Of a DNA stretch of 64,000 bases, positions 11,045 to 22,683 are shown one piece after another. This DNA is from an uncultured Actinomycetota bacterium (GTDB lineage Bacteria; Actinomycetota; Actinomycetes; DATJPE01). The stretch covers positions 453,295 to 517,294 of the forward strand of contig CAVTPM010000005.1 in assembly GCA_963736655.1 (NCBI GenBank), in the 5' to 3' direction. The stretch's first letter is position 1. Each line of letters starts with the position of its first letter. Under the pieces are notes generated by a model. It ran no database searches. It saw only the letters and a list, made by a program, of their open reading frames with translations, and had not been told where the DNA came from. A program made the position numbers and the translations under genes.

Positions 11045-11587
11045 TTGACCGTGCACGAGGCTCAGCTCGGGCGATTCATCGAGGACTTCACCGTCGGGGA
11101 CGTCTACCAGCATCCGTTCGGTCGGACCATCAGCGAGGCCGACTCCACGTGGTTCACGCAGCTGACCTGCAACACCAATCAGAACCACTTCAACGCCCAT
11201 CTGGCGCGGCAGAACCCCGTCACGGGCGGCCGCATCATCGTCAACTCCGGTCTCACCATCGCACTCGTGCTCGGCTTGTCGGTCATCGACATGAGTCAGA
11301 ACGCGGTGGCCAACCTCGGTATCGACGAGCTGCGGCTCACTTTTCCCGTCTACATCGGTGACACCATCTACGCGGAGTCCATCGTGCTCGACGTGCGTCG
11401 ATCGACGAGCCGGCCAGACGTCGGCATCGTGACGATGCGGACCCGCGGCCTCAACCAGGACGGCGAGCAGGTCATGACCTGGGTCCGTTCCGTGATGGTC
11501 CCGACGCGGGAGTCCGGCATCGGGCAGGGCTACTTCCCCGAGGCCAAGGCCGGGCCGCTCACGATGCCCGAGGCCCCCACGGCCTGA
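11045..11587 (+). CDS. MaoC-like (R)-hydratase/dehydratase, hot-dog fold
   Basis: Intact 180-aa ORF with a TTG start. Motif FTVGDVYQHPFGRTISEADSTWFTQLTCNTNQNHFN. Confidence 0.8.
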   Translation: MTVHEAQLGRFIEDFTVGDVYQHPFGRTISEADSTWFTQLTCNTNQNHFNAHLARQNPVTGGRIIVNSGLTIALVLGLSVIDMSQNAVANLGIDELRLTFPVYIGDTIYAESIVLDVRRSTSRPDVGIVTMRTRGLNQDGEQVMTWVRSVMVPTRESGIGQGYFPEAKAGPLTMPEAPTA

Positions 11588-11850
11588 CCCGGCCCGACCC
11601 GGCCCCCAGCTCGGGGCCGCCCCGGGGCCGGCCGCCAGGGTCCCCCACTCCGCTCCACCGGACGACAGCGAGCGTGGCGCCGCTCTCGGTACGGGCGCGT
11701 GCGTCGTAGGCCTCCGGTCGACCTCTGACCCGCCGCCGGGCCTCGCTGACCGGCCTTCTTGAGCTGGGTCGTGCGATGTCCTCCACCTCTCCCCACGCTG
11801 ATGACCTGCGAAGTTATCTCCAAAACACTCGAATGTGCGGCTGTCGCTCC

Positions 11851-11881
11851 TTGACAGTGGGGGAGAGTGGAGTACGGTGGC
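11851..11881 (+). promoter_or_regulatory. Candidate dcw (Pmra-like) promoter overlapping three MraZ-box-like GTGG repeats
   Basis: TTGACA (11851-56), 16-nt spacer, TACGGT (11873-78). GTGGG/GTGGA/GTGGC start at 11857, 11867 and 11877, exactly 10 bp apart. The site is ~50 nt upstream of the mraZ ATG. Confidence 0.5.
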
Positions 11882-11933
11882 GCGAACGGGAGCCAGCGGG
11901 AGCCCGGTCCGTCGAGCTGGAGGGGAGGCGCGG

Positions 11934-12365
11934 ATGTTCCTCGGCACCCACCATCCGCGTCTCGACGACAAGGGCCGACTGTTCCTTCCCGCCCGATTTC
12001 GCGAGGAGCTGTCCGGCGGGCTGGTGGTGACCCGGGGACAGGAGGGCTGCCTCTACGTGTTCGCGCGGGACCGCTTCGAGGCGATGGCCGCGGACATGTC
12101 GGTCGCAGCCTTCACGAACAAGCCGGCCCGTGATCTCGGCCGCGTCTTCTTCGCCGGCGCCTCCGACGAGGTGCCCGACAAGCAGGGCCGCATCACGGTC
12201 CCGGCGGCGTTGCGCGCCTACGCGGGTCTGTCGAAGGAGTGCGTGGTCATCGGCAACAACGACCGCCTCGAGATCTGGGACCAAGCCCAGTGGGAGTCCT
12301 ATCTGGAGGGTCAGGAGGACGCGTTCGCGAACCTCGACTCGCAGGAGGTGCCCGGCACGACCTGA
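11934..12365 (+). CDS. mraZ: Transcriptional regulator MraZ
   Basis: [24 protein letters not shown]...[17 protein letters not shown] (duplicated SpoVT/AbrB-like halves). The ATG follows GGAGGGGAGG. Confidence 0.9.
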   Translation: MFLGTHHPRLDDKGRLFLPARFREELSGGLVVTRGQEGCLYVFARDRFEAMAADMSVAAFTNKPARDLGRVFFAGASDEVPDKQGRITVPAALRAYAGLSKECVVIGNNDRLEIWDQAQWESYLEGQEDAFANLDSQEVPGTT

Positions 12366-12547
12366 CGAGATGACGACCGGCCGACGCGTGGTGCTCGGTC
12401 TCCCCCCGCTCCCGCTCCAGCCTCCCGGCGCACCTTCCCCGGTGCCGGGGAGCGAGGCGAGCGGGCGGGGACCGAGTCCCACGACCGGCCCTCGCCGCCT
12501 ACCACCACCAGCCACAGCGGTCCGCGAGCCGCGAACGAAGGGTCGAG

Positions 12548-12754
12548 ATGAGCGTCACGTCGGCGTACGGGCGGCACACCGCCGGCTACGAGGCCGAGTC
12601 GTTCGCCCGCGTGCGCGTCGACCACGATGCCGACTGGTCGCCAGCCCCCCCTCGTTCAGCGATGCTCGCCGTCTCCCTGGCTGGTGCAGCGACCGTGTCG
12701 GTCGTGGTCCTGGTCAACGTGGTGCTGGTCCTCCTCCTCGGACCGGCGGCCTGA
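12548..12754 (+). CDS. Candidate 68-aa small membrane protein between mraZ and rsmH
   Basis: ATG preceded by GAAGGG. GC3-rich codons and a C-terminal hydrophobic helix (MLAVSLAGAATVSVVVLVNVVLVLLLG). The stop lies 3 nt before the rsmH ATG. Confidence 0.35.
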   Translation: MSVTSAYGRHTAGYEAESFARVRVDHDADWSPAPPRSAMLAVSLAGAATVSVVVLVNVVLVLLLGPAA

Positions 12755-12757
12755 GGC

Positions 12758-13708
12758 ATGGCAGCCGTCCACGTCCCGGTCATGCTCGAGCGCACGCTTG
12801 CCCTCCTGGCGCCTTCCCTCGCAGGAGCCGAGTCCGTCGTGGTCGACGCGACCCTCGGGCTCGGTGGTCACAGCGCCGCCCTGCTGGAACGGAACCCCGA
12901 GGTGCGGCTGGTCGGGCTGGACCGCGACCTCGACGCCTTGGAGCACTCGCGGGAGCGACTGGCTCCCTACGCCGACCGCACCGTCCTCGTGCACGCCGTC
13001 TACGACCAGCTGCCCCGCGTGCTCCGCGAGCTCGGTCTGGGGCGGGTCGACGGCATCCTGTTCGACCTCGGAGTCTCCTCGCTCCAGCTCGACGAGCTCG
13101 ACCGCGGCTTCGCCTACAGCCAGGACGCTCCGCTGGACATGCGCATGGATCGCACCCACGGCCCGACCGCGGCCGAGGTGCTGAACACCTATCCCGCCGA
13201 AGACCTGGCGCGGATCCTGCGCACCTATGGCGAGGAGCGGTTCGCGCGTCGGATCGCCGAGCGGCTGGTGCGCGAGCGCGAGCGTGAGCCGTTCACGACC
13301 TCGGCCCGGCTCAGCGACCTCGTCCGCGAGGCCATCCCGGCGGCCACCCGCCGCACCGGCGGCAACCCGAGCAAACGCACCTTCCAGGCCCTGCGCATCG
13401 AGGTCAACGGCGAGCTGGACGTGCTGGCGCGGGCGATCCCCGCGGCGCTCGGCGCCCTCGCCGTGGGGGGCCGCATCGTCGTGCTCAGCTATCACTCCCT
13501 CGAGGACCGGATCGTCAAGCAGGCGCTGGCAGCGGGCGCCACGTCGTCGGCTCCTCCTGACCTGCCGGTCGTCCCCGAGCACCTGCAGCCCTGGCTCCGC
13601 CTGATCACCCGTGGAGCCGAGTCCGCCTCCGCGGATGAGGTCGCTGAGAACCCGCGGGCCGCCTCCGTACGGCTTCGGGCCGCCGAGCGCACCAGGGAGG
13701 CCGCGTGA
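12758..13708 (+). CDS. rsmH: 16S rRNA (cytosine1402-N4)-methyltransferase
   Basis: [13 protein letters not shown]...[10 protein letters not shown]...[11 protein letters not shown]...[11 protein letters not shown]. Intact 316 aa. Confidence 0.9.
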   Translation: MAAVHVPVMLERTLALLAPSLAGAESVVVDATLGLGGHSAALLERNPEVRLVGLDRDLDALEHSRERLAPYADRTVLVHAVYDQLPRVLRELGLGRVDGILFDLGVSSLQLDELDRGFAYSQDAPLDMRMDRTHGPTAAEVLNTYPAEDLARILRTYGEERFARRIAERLVREREREPFTTSARLSDLVREAIPAATRRTGGNPSKRTFQALRIEVNGELDVLARAIPAALGALAVGGRIVVLSYHSLEDRIVKQALAAGATSSAPPDLPVVPEHLQPWLRLITRGAESASADEVAENPRAASVRLRAAERTREAA

Positions 13709-14127
13709 GCGCCACGGCCCGGGCAGCCACGGGTCGCCCGATCACCAGCCGGGCGGCCACCCCTCGCCCGCGACCGACAGCTCGGGCCCCGCTGGCAGTG
13801 GTGGCCGGCCCGGAGCCCAAGCACGGACGGTCGGTCTTCGTCGCCCTGGTCGTGGGCCTGCTCGCCCTCGGTCTGGCCAGCCTGCTGGCGCTGAACACGG
13901 TCCTCGCGCAGGACGCCTTCGTCGCCCAGACGCTGGAGCGCCGCAGCGCCGAGCTCGCCGTCGCCGAGCAGGCGATGGCGGCGCGGGTCGCGGTCGTGGA
14001 GGATCCAGCCCAGCTCGCTGAACGAGCACGGGCGCTGGGCCTGCGCGAGGCCGGTGCCCCGCTCTTCCTGAGGCTCCCCGACGGGGCGATCCTCGGCCGG
14101 GGACCGGACCGAGGAGCCACCCCGTGA
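13705..14127 (+). CDS. ftsL: FtsL-like cell division protein
   Basis: Single TM ([20 protein letters not shown]) followed by a coiled-coil-like region. Located between rsmH and ftsI, with GTGA overlaps at both ends. Confidence 0.6.
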   Translation: MSATARAATGRPITSRAATPRPRPTARAPLAVVAGPEPKHGRSVFVALVVGLLALGLASLLALNTVLAQDAFVAQTLERRSAELAVAEQAMAARVAVVEDPAQLAERARALGLREAGAPLFLRLPDGAILGRGPDRGATP

Positions 14128-15962
14128 CGCCACCTCCCCAGGGCACCAGGGCGGCGTCGCGGCCGCGGTCGACGACCGCCCGCCCGTCGACGCAGCGCCC
14201 TCCCGTGCGACCGCGACCTGCCGGTCCGCCCCGTCAGCGGGTGCGCCTGGGCCGCCCGGCCGTCCGGCTGCGCGCCTCGCTGCTGCTCCTGGCCATCGTC
14301 TTGTCGGTCTACGTGGTGCGCCTGTTCGAGCTCCAGGGCTTGGACGCTCCCGTCTACGCGGCCGACGCCACTGACGCCCGCACCGTCACCCGAGAGCTCC
14401 CCGCTCTGCGGGGCTCGATCACCGACCGCAACGGAGTCGTCCTCGCAGAGAGCGTCGAGGCGCGCGACATCACGGCCGACCCGACGTTCATCACGGACCC
14501 TGCCGCCACGGTGGCGGCGTTGTCGCCGGTCCTCGGGCTCAGCGCGGAGCAGCAGCAGGAGCTCACCGCACGGCTGACCAGCGACCGAAGGTTCGCCTAC
14601 GTGGCCCGCGCCGTGACGCCGGAGACCTGGGGCCGGGTCAAGGCCCTCGATCTGGCCGGGGTCTACGGGGTCGTGACGAGCGATCGCTCCTATCCCGCCA
14701 AGACCGTCGCAGCCAATGTGCTCGGCTTCGTCGATGCCGAGGGGCAGGGAGACGGGGGCATCGAGCTCGCCTACGACCAGGAGCTGGCCGGGCTCGGTGG
14801 TACGCGTACCTACCAGCGCGACGGGCAGGGCCGAGAGATCACCACGGCCGACAGCAGTGAGATCCCGCCGGTGCCGGGCGCCGACATCCAGCTCACCATC
14901 GACCGCGACCTCCAGTGGTACGCCCAGGCGACGCTGACTCAGGCGGTCAAGCAGGCGAACGCCGAGAGCGGGACCGTCGTCGTCATGACCCCGCAGGGCG
15001 AGATCCTGGCTCTGGCCACCGCGCCGACCTTCGATCCGAACGACGCGGGAGCAGCAGCTGACGAGGACCGCGGCAACCGGGCCGTGTCCGACGTCTACGA
15101 ACCAGGGTCGACGAGCAAGGTGATCACCGCCGCGGCGGTCCTCGAGGAGGGCGGCCTCCGGCCGGCTTCACGGGTCCAGGTGCCGCCGGTCTTGAACCGG
15201 GCAGGGAGGGTCTTCCACGACCACGACCCGCACGGCACCCTCAATCTGACCTTTGCCGGCGTCATCGCCAAGTCGAGCAACATCGGCACGATCAAGGCGG
15301 CCGAGACGATCGGCAAGACGACGCTGTACGACTACCTGAAGAAGTTCGGGATCGGTGATCCCACGGGGTCCGGCCTCTCGGGCGAGAGCAAGGGCCTGCT
15401 CCCGCGCCCGGAAGCCTGGTCGGCCTCGCAGTTCTACACCATCGCCTTCGGTCAGGGCCTGTCCGTCAACGCCGTTCAGGCGGCCTCGGTCTACGCCACC
15501 ATCGCCAACGGTGGTGTCCGGGTCGAACCCTCGGTGGTAGCCGGCTCCACGACTGCCGACGGGGTCTTCACCCCGGAGGCGCCCTCCGCTGAGACGCGCG
15601 TCGTGAGCGAGCGGACCGCCGCGTCGGTCTCCCGCATGCTCGAGTCGGTGATCTCCGACGGTGGGACGGCGCCACTGGCGGGTGTCGAGGGCTACCGCGT
15701 CGCAGGCAAGACGGGTACGGCGAACCGGGTGGACGAGTCCTGCGGCTGCTACCGCGGCTACACGGCCTCGTTCATCGGGTTCGCGCCGGCCGACAACCCT
15801 GCACTCGTCGTCGCCGTCACGCTGCAGGCGCCGAAGAACGGGCACTACGGCGGCCTGCTCGGCGGACCGGTGTTCAAGAAGGTCATGTCCTTCGGCCTGG
15901 CGAGCATGCACGTCCCACCGACGGGCACGCGCAGCCGGCCATACCCGCTGACCTACCCCTGA
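14124..15962 (+). CDS. ftsI: Division-specific penicillin-binding protein (FtsI/PbpB class B transpeptidase)
   Basis: Intact 612 aa. N-terminal TM, STSK (EPGSTSKVITAAA), SSN (KSSNIGT) and KTG (AGKTGTA) motifs. Confidence 0.85.
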   Translation: MTPPPQGTRAASRPRSTTARPSTQRPPVRPRPAGPPRQRVRLGRPAVRLRASLLLLAIVLSVYVVRLFELQGLDAPVYAADATDARTVTRELPALRGSITDRNGVVLAESVEARDITADPTFITDPAATVAALSPVLGLSAEQQQELTARLTSDRRFAYVARAVTPETWGRVKALDLAGVYGVVTSDRSYPAKTVAANVLGFVDAEGQGDGGIELAYDQELAGLGGTRTYQRDGQGREITTADSSEIPPVPGADIQLTIDRDLQWYAQATLTQAVKQANAESGTVVVMTPQGEILALATAPTFDPNDAGAAADEDRGNRAVSDVYEPGSTSKVITAAAVLEEGGLRPASRVQVPPVLNRAGRVFHDHDPHGTLNLTFAGVIAKSSNIGTIKAAETIGKTTLYDYLKKFGIGDPTGSGLSGESKGLLPRPEAWSASQFYTIAFGQGLSVNAVQAASVYATIANGGVRVEPSVVAGSTTADGVFTPEAPSAETRVVSERTAASVSRMLESVISDGGTAPLAGVEGYRVAGKTGTANRVDESCGCYRGYTASFIGFAPADNPALVVAVTLQAPKNGHYGGLLGGPVFKKVMSFGLASMHVPPTGTRSRPYPLTYP

Positions 15963-15982
15963 CCCGCGTAGCCTCGCTTTCT

Positions 15983-17495
15983 GTGCCTGCGCCGATGACC
16001 CTCACCGACCTCCTCGAGGTCCTGCGAGCCCTGGGCGAGGTGCCGACCGTGCGCGGACCCGTCGGCGAGGTCACGCTCCTCGGCGTCACCTCCGACTCCC
16101 GAAACGTCGCCGCCGGTGACCTCTACGCCGCGCTGCCGGGTGCCCGGCACCACGGGGCCTCCTTCGCGGCCGCCGCTGCGGGCGCCGGAGCCGTCGCCGT
16201 CCTCACCGACGCCGCCGGCGCTGCAGCCGGCCGGTCGACGGTCCCGCTGATCGTGGTCGACGACCCGCGCGCGGTCCTCGGCGAGGTGGCTGCTGCGGTG
16301 CTCGGCCACCCGAGTCGTCGGCTGCTCACCCTGGGAGTCACCGGAACCAACGGGAAGACGACGACCACGTACCTGCTCGACGCCGGTCTGCGCGCTGCGG
16401 GGCATCGCACGGGGATGGTCGGGACGGTGGAGACCCGAGTCGGGGACACGGTGGACCCCAGCGTCCGGACGACTCCGGAGGCTCCTGACCTCCAGCGGCT
16501 GCTCGCGCGCATGGTGCTGGACGGCTGCTCCGCGGTGTCGATGGAGGTCAGCAGCCATGCGCTCGCGCTGGGGCGCGTGAACGGCACGACGTACGACGTG
16601 GCGTTGTTCACCAACCTCAGCCAGGACCACCTCGACTTCCATCCCACGATGGAGGCGTACTTCGCGGCGAAGGCGCAGCTGTTCACACCCGGTCGCTCGC
16701 GTCACGGCGTGGTCGACGTCGACTCCCCGTGGGGGCGTCGGCTCGCCTCCGAGGCGCACGGTCCCGGTGACGACGCTGTCGGCGGCGGGTGCGCCGGCTG
16801 ACTGGCAGGTGCGCGACGTCGCCCTGACCGCCGAGGGGTCGACCTGGCGCGCGCTCGGGCCGAGCGGCGAGGACGTGTCGATGTCCGTGGCGCTCCCCGG
16901 GCCGTTCAACGTGTCCAACGCGCTCGGTGCCCTGGTGACCTTGTCGGTCGCCGGGGTCCCGGTGGTCGATGCGGCTGCGGGGATCGCCGGGTTGTCCGGC
17001 GTGCCGGGGCGCATGGAGCGCGTGGATGTCGGACAGCCGTTTCTCGCCGTGGTCGACTACGCCCACACACCCGAGGCCGTGGCGACGCTGCTGGCTGCGG
17101 TGGGCGCTGCGGTGTCCGGCCCGGTCGTCGTCGTCCTGGGCTGCGGCGGGGACCGTGACCCCCACAAGCGCCCGGCGATGGGCGCGGCGGCTGTCGCGGG
17201 TGCCGACCTGGTGGTGCTCACGAGCGACAACCCGCGCTCGGAGGACCCCCTGCTGATCCTGGATGCCATGCGGGCCGGAGCCGAGGAGGCCGCCGAGTCC
17301 CGGCCCGGCACCGAGCTCGTCGTGGAACCCGACCGTGCTGCCGCCGTGGCGTTGGCCGTGGGCCGCGCGGTTCCGGGGGGTGCCGTCGTCGTGGCGGGCA
17401 AGGGCCACGAGACCGGGCAGGAGACGGGTGGTGTCGTCGTCCCCTTCGACGACCGCGAGGTCCTGCGGGAGGTGCTCGCTCCGTGGTCCCGATGA
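15983..17495 (+). CDS. murE: UDP-N-acetylmuramoyl-tripeptide synthetase MurE; frame break ~16765
   Basis: [15 protein letters not shown], the DNPRSEDP motif and Mur ligase domains. ORFs 15983..16801 and 16767..17495 join at ...ASEAHGP/VTTLSAAG... Confidence 0.85.
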
Positions 17496-18896
17496 ACCTG
17501 CAGGACGTGGCGGCCGCGGTCTCCGGCGTCCTCGTGGACGTGCCGGATCCTGCTGTCGAGGTCACCGGACCGTCGACGGTCGACTCGCGCCACGTGGAGC
17601 CGGGAGGCCTGTTCGCCTGCATCGGCGGAGACCGGGTCGACGGCCACGACTTCGTGAGCCAGGCCATGGACAACGGCGCGGTTGTCGCCCTCAGCACCCG
17701 AGCCGTGGGCCATCCGGCGATCGTGGTCGACGACGTCGTCGAGGCGCTGGGCCGGCTGGCCCACGAGGTGCTGGGTCGGCTCCCCGACACCACGGTGGTC
17801 GCCATCACGGGTTCCTCCGGCAAGACGTCGACCAAGGATCTCATCGCCCAGGTCGCGCAACGACGCGGTCCGACCGTGGCGCCTCCGGGGTCGTTCAACA
17901 ACGAGATCGGCTTGCCGCTGACCGTGCTGCAGGCCGACCGAGGGACCCGCGTGCTCGTGCTCGAGATGGGAGCCCGGGGGATCGGGCACATCGCGGCACT
18001 GACGGCAGTGGCCCCGCCCGACATCTCGGTGGTCCTCAATGTCGGGAGCGCCCACGTCGGTGAGTTCGGCACGGTGGAGGCGATCGCCGTGGCGAAGGGC
18101 GAGCTCGTCGAGGCGCTGCGCCCGGACGGGGTGGCCGTGCTCAACGCCGACGACCCCAGGGTTGCTGCGATGGCGCAGCGGACGAAGGCCATCGGTGGTG
18201 ACCTTCGGCCGCGCCAGCGGTGCCGTCGTGCGGGCCGAGGACGTCACGCCTGGCCCCGGGGGCCGTTGCGCCTTCGATCTCGTGACGCCCGAGGGGCGCG
18301 CCCGCGTGCACCTCCAGCTCGTCGGTGGGCATCAGGTGTCCAACGCGCTCGCCGCCGCTGCCGTGGGCCGCTCCTTGGGGCTGCTGGTGGCTGAGGTCGC
18401 CGAGGTGCTCTCAGCGGCCGTCCCGCTGAGTCGCTGGCGGATGGAGGTGACCGAACGGCCCGACGGGGTGACCGTCGTCAACGACGCCTACAACGCGAAC
18501 CCCGAATCGGTGCGCGCGGCCCTGAACGCCCTCGTCGACCTGGCCGGCGGGCGGCGTACGTGGGCTGTGCTCGGCGAGATGCGCGAGCTCGGGGACGACC
18601 ATGAGCAGGCTCACGAAGCGATCGGTCGGCTGGCGGTGGAGCTGGGTGTCGACCGACTCGTCGTCGTCGGCCAGGCCGCACATCCCCTGCATCGAGCCGC
18701 CGGACTGGAAGGATCCGATGCCGAGGAGGCCGTCCTCGTGCCCGACGTCGGCGCTGCGGTCGATCTGCTCCGTCGAGAGATCGCTGCGGGTGACGTCGTG
18801 CTGGTGAAGGCCTCCCGCGCTGCCGGGCTCGAACGCGTGGCGGCGGCCCTGCTCGACGACCCTGCAGGTGAGCGGACCGGAGGTGACGTCGCATGA
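17492..18896 (+). CDS. murF: UDP-MurNAc-pentapeptide synthetase MurF; frame break ~18192
   Basis: [13 protein letters not shown]...NNEIGLPLT...[15 protein letters not shown] overlap with the murE stop. ORFs 17483..18394 and 18039..18896 join at ...QRTKA/VVTFGRA... Confidence 0.85.
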
Positions 18897-19966
18897 GGCT
18901 CATCATGGTGGCGGCCACGGTCGGCTTCCTCGTCTGCCTGCTGAGCACGCCGCTGCTCATCCGGTTCCTGCGGAACCACGGCTATGCGCAGGCGATCCGC
19001 GACGAGGCCGACGGGTACCCCCAGCACGACAGCAAGCGGGGCACGCCCTCGATGGGTGGTCTGATGATCGTCGGCGGCACGATTCTCGGCTACGGCCTCG
19101 CGCACCTCTACACGCTGCGCAGCCCCACCGCTTCGGGGTTGCTCGTCCTGGGGCTGATGACGGGGCTCGCGATCGTGGGCTTCGCCGACGACTACATCAA
19201 GATCTTCCGGCAGCGCAGCAGTGGGCTCCGGGCGAGCGTCAAGCTCGGCGGCCAGGCGGTCGTCGCGGTGGTCTTCGGTCTGCTCGTCACCCGGTTCTCC
19301 GGCCCGGACGGGGTGACGCCGGCGTCGCGAGCGATCTCCTTCGTCCGCGACACACCCGTCGTGCTCCCGGCAGGGGTGTTCGTCCTCTGGGTGTTCTTCA
19401 TGGTGGTGGCGACGTCCAACGGGGTGAACCTCACCGACGGCCTCGACGGTCTCGCCACCGGGGCCTGCGCCATGGCGCTCGGAGCCTACGTCGTCATCGG
19501 GATCTGGCAGTACGGCAACTCCTGCTCCACGATCCTCGCGCCCAAGTGCTACGAGGTGCGTGACCCGCTCGACCTCGCGGTCGTCGCGGCGGCGGCGGTC
19601 GGTGCGTGCTTCGGCTTCCTCTGGTGGAACGCCTCGCCTGCCCAGATCTTCATGGGCGACACGGGATCGCTCTCCCTCGGTGGGCTCCTGGCCGGCCTCG
19701 CGATCTTGTCGAAGACCGAGCTGCTGCTCCTCGTCCTGGGTGGGCTCTTCGTGGTGATCACCGTGTCGGTGATCCTCCAGGTGGGCTCCTACAAGCTCAC
19801 CGGCAGACGCATCTTCTTGATGGCCCCGCTGCAGCACCACTTCGAGATCAAGGGGTGGGGCGAGGTCACGATCGTCATCCGGTTCTGGATCATCGCCGGG
19901 CTGTGCGCCGGACTGTCCCTGGGACTGTTCTACGCCGAGTGGTACGGCGGCGGGATCGTCGGGTGA
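18893..19966 (+). CDS. mraY: Phospho-N-acetylmuramoyl-pentapeptide transferase
   Basis: Intact 357 aa. KRGTPSMGG...[13 protein letters not shown]...[11 protein letters not shown]. Confidence 0.92.
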   Translation: MRLIMVAATVGFLVCLLSTPLLIRFLRNHGYAQAIRDEADGYPQHDSKRGTPSMGGLMIVGGTILGYGLAHLYTLRSPTASGLLVLGLMTGLAIVGFADDYIKIFRQRSSGLRASVKLGGQAVVAVVFGLLVTRFSGPDGVTPASRAISFVRDTPVVLPAGVFVLWVFFMVVATSNGVNLTDGLDGLATGACAMALGAYVVIGIWQYGNSCSTILAPKCYEVRDPLDLAVVAAAAVGACFGFLWWNASPAQIFMGDTGSLSLGGLLAGLAILSKTELLLLVLGGLFVVITVSVILQVGSYKLTGRRIFLMAPLQHHFEIKGWGEVTIVIRFWIIAGLCAGLSLGLFYAEWYGGGIVG

Positions 19967-21435
19967 CGGCACCGACCTGGCTCGACCAGGCGGACCGGGG
20001 CTCCAGCTGGGAGTCGCTCCACGTCCTGGTCACGGGAATCGGCGTCTCGGGATTCGCTGCGGCCGACGGGCTGCTCGGTCTCGGGGCACGGGTGACCGCA
20101 GTCGACCAGAGCACCGATGCGCGCACCACCGAGCGGGCCACCGTCCTCGAGCTGCTGGGGGCGAAGGTCCGGCTGGGGGAGGAGGCGGTCGGGGCCGAGA
20201 GCCTGGCCGCTGACGTCGACCTGGTCATCACGTCTCCGGGCTGGCGGCCGAGCTCACCCCTCCTGATGGCTGCGACGAACGTCGGCACGCCGGTCTGGGG
20301 CGAGGTCGAGCTCGCCTGGCGACTTCGTCCCGCTCAGGATCCGGCGCCGTGGTTGGCGCTCACCGGGACGAACGGAAAGACCACGACGGTCCGCATGCTC
20401 GACTCGATGCTTCGCGCGTCCGGCGCCCGGTCCACCGCGGCAGGGAATGTCGGCCTTCCCCTCGTCGACGCGGTTCTCGCGGAGCAGCCCTACGACGTGC
20501 TCGCCGTCGAGCTGTCCAGCTTCCAGCTGCACTGGGTGCACTCGATGCGTCCGCTGGCCTCGGCGGTCCTCAACGTCGCCGAGGACCACATCGACTGGCA
20601 CGGTTCGATGGGGGCGTACGCCGCGGACAAGGGACGGGTCTACGAACGCACGAGGACGGCCTGCGTCTACAACGTCGCCGACCGCCGGACCGAGGACCTG
20701 GTGCGCGCCGCCGAGGTCGAGGAGGGGTGCCGCGCGATCGGGTTCACCCTCGGCATCCCGTCGGTGGGCATGGTGGGGGTCGTCGACGAGGTGCTCGTCG
20801 ACCGGGCCTTCGTGCCGGACCGGGCCGTGGCGGCCGCCGAGCTCGGGACGTTGGCCGACGTGCGCCCGGCCGCGCCGCACAACGTGGGCAACGCTCTCGC
20901 GGCAGCGGCGCTGGCCCGCGCCTACGGCGTCTCGCCCGGAGCGGTGCGCGCGGGTCTGCGTTCGTTCGTCCCCGATCCGCACCGCATCGCGGACCTGGGT
21001 CTGGTGGGCGGCGTCGCCTACGTGGACGACAGCAAAGCCACCAACCCGCACGCCGCGGCCGCGTCGTTGTCCGCCTACGGCTCGGTGGTGTGGCTCGCGG
21101 GGGGTCTGGCCAAGGGAGCGAGCTTCGACGACCTGGTCGACCAGGTGGCGGATCGACTGCGTGGGGCGGTGCTGTTCGGAACCGACGCCGACCTGATCGC
21201 TGCAGCGCTGCGGCGACACGCGCCCCAGGTCCCGGTCCTTCAGGTGGCCAGCGTCGAGACTGGGCTCGTGGGCATGGACGTGATGACCGAGGTGGTGCGC
21301 GCCGCGGCGGACCTCGCGCAGCCGGGCGACACCGTGCTGCTCGCACCCGCGTGCGCCTCGATGGACCAGTTCCGTGACTACGCCGACCGTGGTGACCTCT
21401 TCGGCGCTGCCGTCCGGGCGCTGGGGGCGGCGTGA
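19963..21435 (+). CDS. murD: UDP-MurNAc-L-Ala-D-Glu ligase
   Basis: GTGA overlap with mra[15 protein letters not shown]...[10 protein letters not shown]...[11 protein letters not shown]. Confidence 0.9.
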   Translation: MTAPTWLDQADRGSSWESLHVLVTGIGVSGFAAADGLLGLGARVTAVDQSTDARTTERATVLELLGAKVRLGEEAVGAESLAADVDLVITSPGWRPSSPLLMAATNVGTPVWGEVELAWRLRPAQDPAPWLALTGTNGKTTTVRMLDSMLRASGARSTAAGNVGLPLVDAVLAEQPYDVLAVELSSFQLHWVHSMRPLASAVLNVAEDHIDWHGSMGAYAADKGRVYERTRTACVYNVADRRTEDLVRAAEVEEGCRAIGFTLGIPSVGMVGVVDEVLVDRAFVPDRAVAAAELGTLADVRPAAPHNVGNALAAAALARAYGVSPGAVRAGLRSFVPDPHRIADLGLVGGVAYVDDSKATNPHAAAASLSAYGSVVWLAGGLAKGASFDDLVDQVADRLRGAVLFGTDADLIAAALRRHAPQVPVLQVASVETGLVGMDVMTEVVRAAADLAQPGDTVLLAPACASMDQFRDYADRGDLFGAAVRALGAA

Positions 21436-22683
21436 GCCAGACCCGCACTCCCGGTACCACGGGAGGGCCCATCGGGTCCGGAGCGGCCCCATCGGCTGCT
21501 CGACCGGCCGCTCACGTCGTACCTGCTGGTCCTCGGCAGCGGTCTGGCCCTGCTCGGCCTCGGGCTTCCCATGGTCTTGTCGGCGAGCAGCGTCACCTCG
21601 TATGCGAGCACCGGCTCGTCGCTGACCTTGTTCGAGCGGCAGCTCATGTGGGCTGCCCTGGGAATCCCGGCACTGTTCGTGGCCTCCCGCCTCCCGATCC
21701 GGGTCTGGCGAGGCCTCGCGTACCCAGCGATGGGCCTCGCCTTGATCCTCCTCGTCCTCGTGCTCGTCCCGGGCGTCGGCGTCGAGGTCAACGGCAACCG
21801 CAACTGGATCGACGTGGGCGGGCCCTTCCGGCTCCAACCGGCTGAGGCCGCCAAGATCGCCCTCGTCCTGTGGGGCGCTGAGGTTCTGGTGCGCAAGCGG
21901 GACCGGCTGGACCAGTGGCGCGACCTGCTCGTGCCGCTGCTCCCGGTGTCCGTGCTCGTCCTGCTCCTCGTCCTCGGTGGTGGGGATCTCGGTACCGCGG
22001 TGGTCCTCATGGCGATCACCGGGGCGTTGCTGTACGTCGCAGGTGCCCCGTTGCGACTGTTCGCCGTGCTCGGCGCCGTGGCGGCCGCCGGGGTGGCCTA
22101 CCTGTCCGTGAGCGCACCGCACCGGCTCGACCGGTTCGACACCTGGTTGAACCCTTCGCTCGCAGACCCGCTGGGCAACGGCCTCCAGTACCGCCACGGC
22201 CTGTACGCGCTCGGTGGTGGAGGTTGGTGGGGTGTCGGGCTCGGCGCCGGGCGGGAGAAGTGGGGACGGCTCCCCGAGGCGCACACCGACTTCATCTACG
22301 CCGTCATCGGCGAGGAGCTCGGTCTCGCAGGCACGCTCACGGTGCTGGCCCTGTTCGGCCTGTTGGTCTTCGCCGGGGTACGCATCTCGTTGCGGACCAG
22401 CGATCCCTTCGTCAGGCTGGCGGCCGCCGCCGCGACTGCTTGGATCGGGGCGCAGGCGTTGGTGAACATCGGCGCGGTGCTCGGACTCCTGCCGATCGCC
22501 GGCCTCCCTCTGCCGCTCGTGTCCTACGGCGGGGCGGCGCTGCTCATCACGTTGGTGGCCCTGGGCATGCTGCTGTCCTTTGCCCGGACCGAGCCAGGAG
22601 CCGAGGAGGCTCTGGCCGCTCGCCGGGCCGTCCGACACCAGCGCTGGCACGCGGTCCTCGGGTCGCTGCAGCCGGATCGGTGA
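21432..22683 (+). CDS. ftsW: Lipid II flippase/peptidoglycan polymerase FtsW (SEDS); frame break ~21480
   Basis: GTG 21432 overlaps the murD stop ([16 protein letters not shown]). The frame then shifts into ...[33 protein letters not shown]... (ORF 21571..22683). Also has [17 protein letters not shown]. Confidence 0.85.

Noticed and set aside
12130-13287. 385-aa plus-strand ORF spanning the mraZ 3' end, the spacer and rsmH
   Set aside because: It is out of frame with both well-supported genes, and its translation is Arg/Pro-rich.
20254-22650. 798-aa ORF on the minus strand
   Set aside because: Antisense to murD and ftsW. Low-complexity translation.
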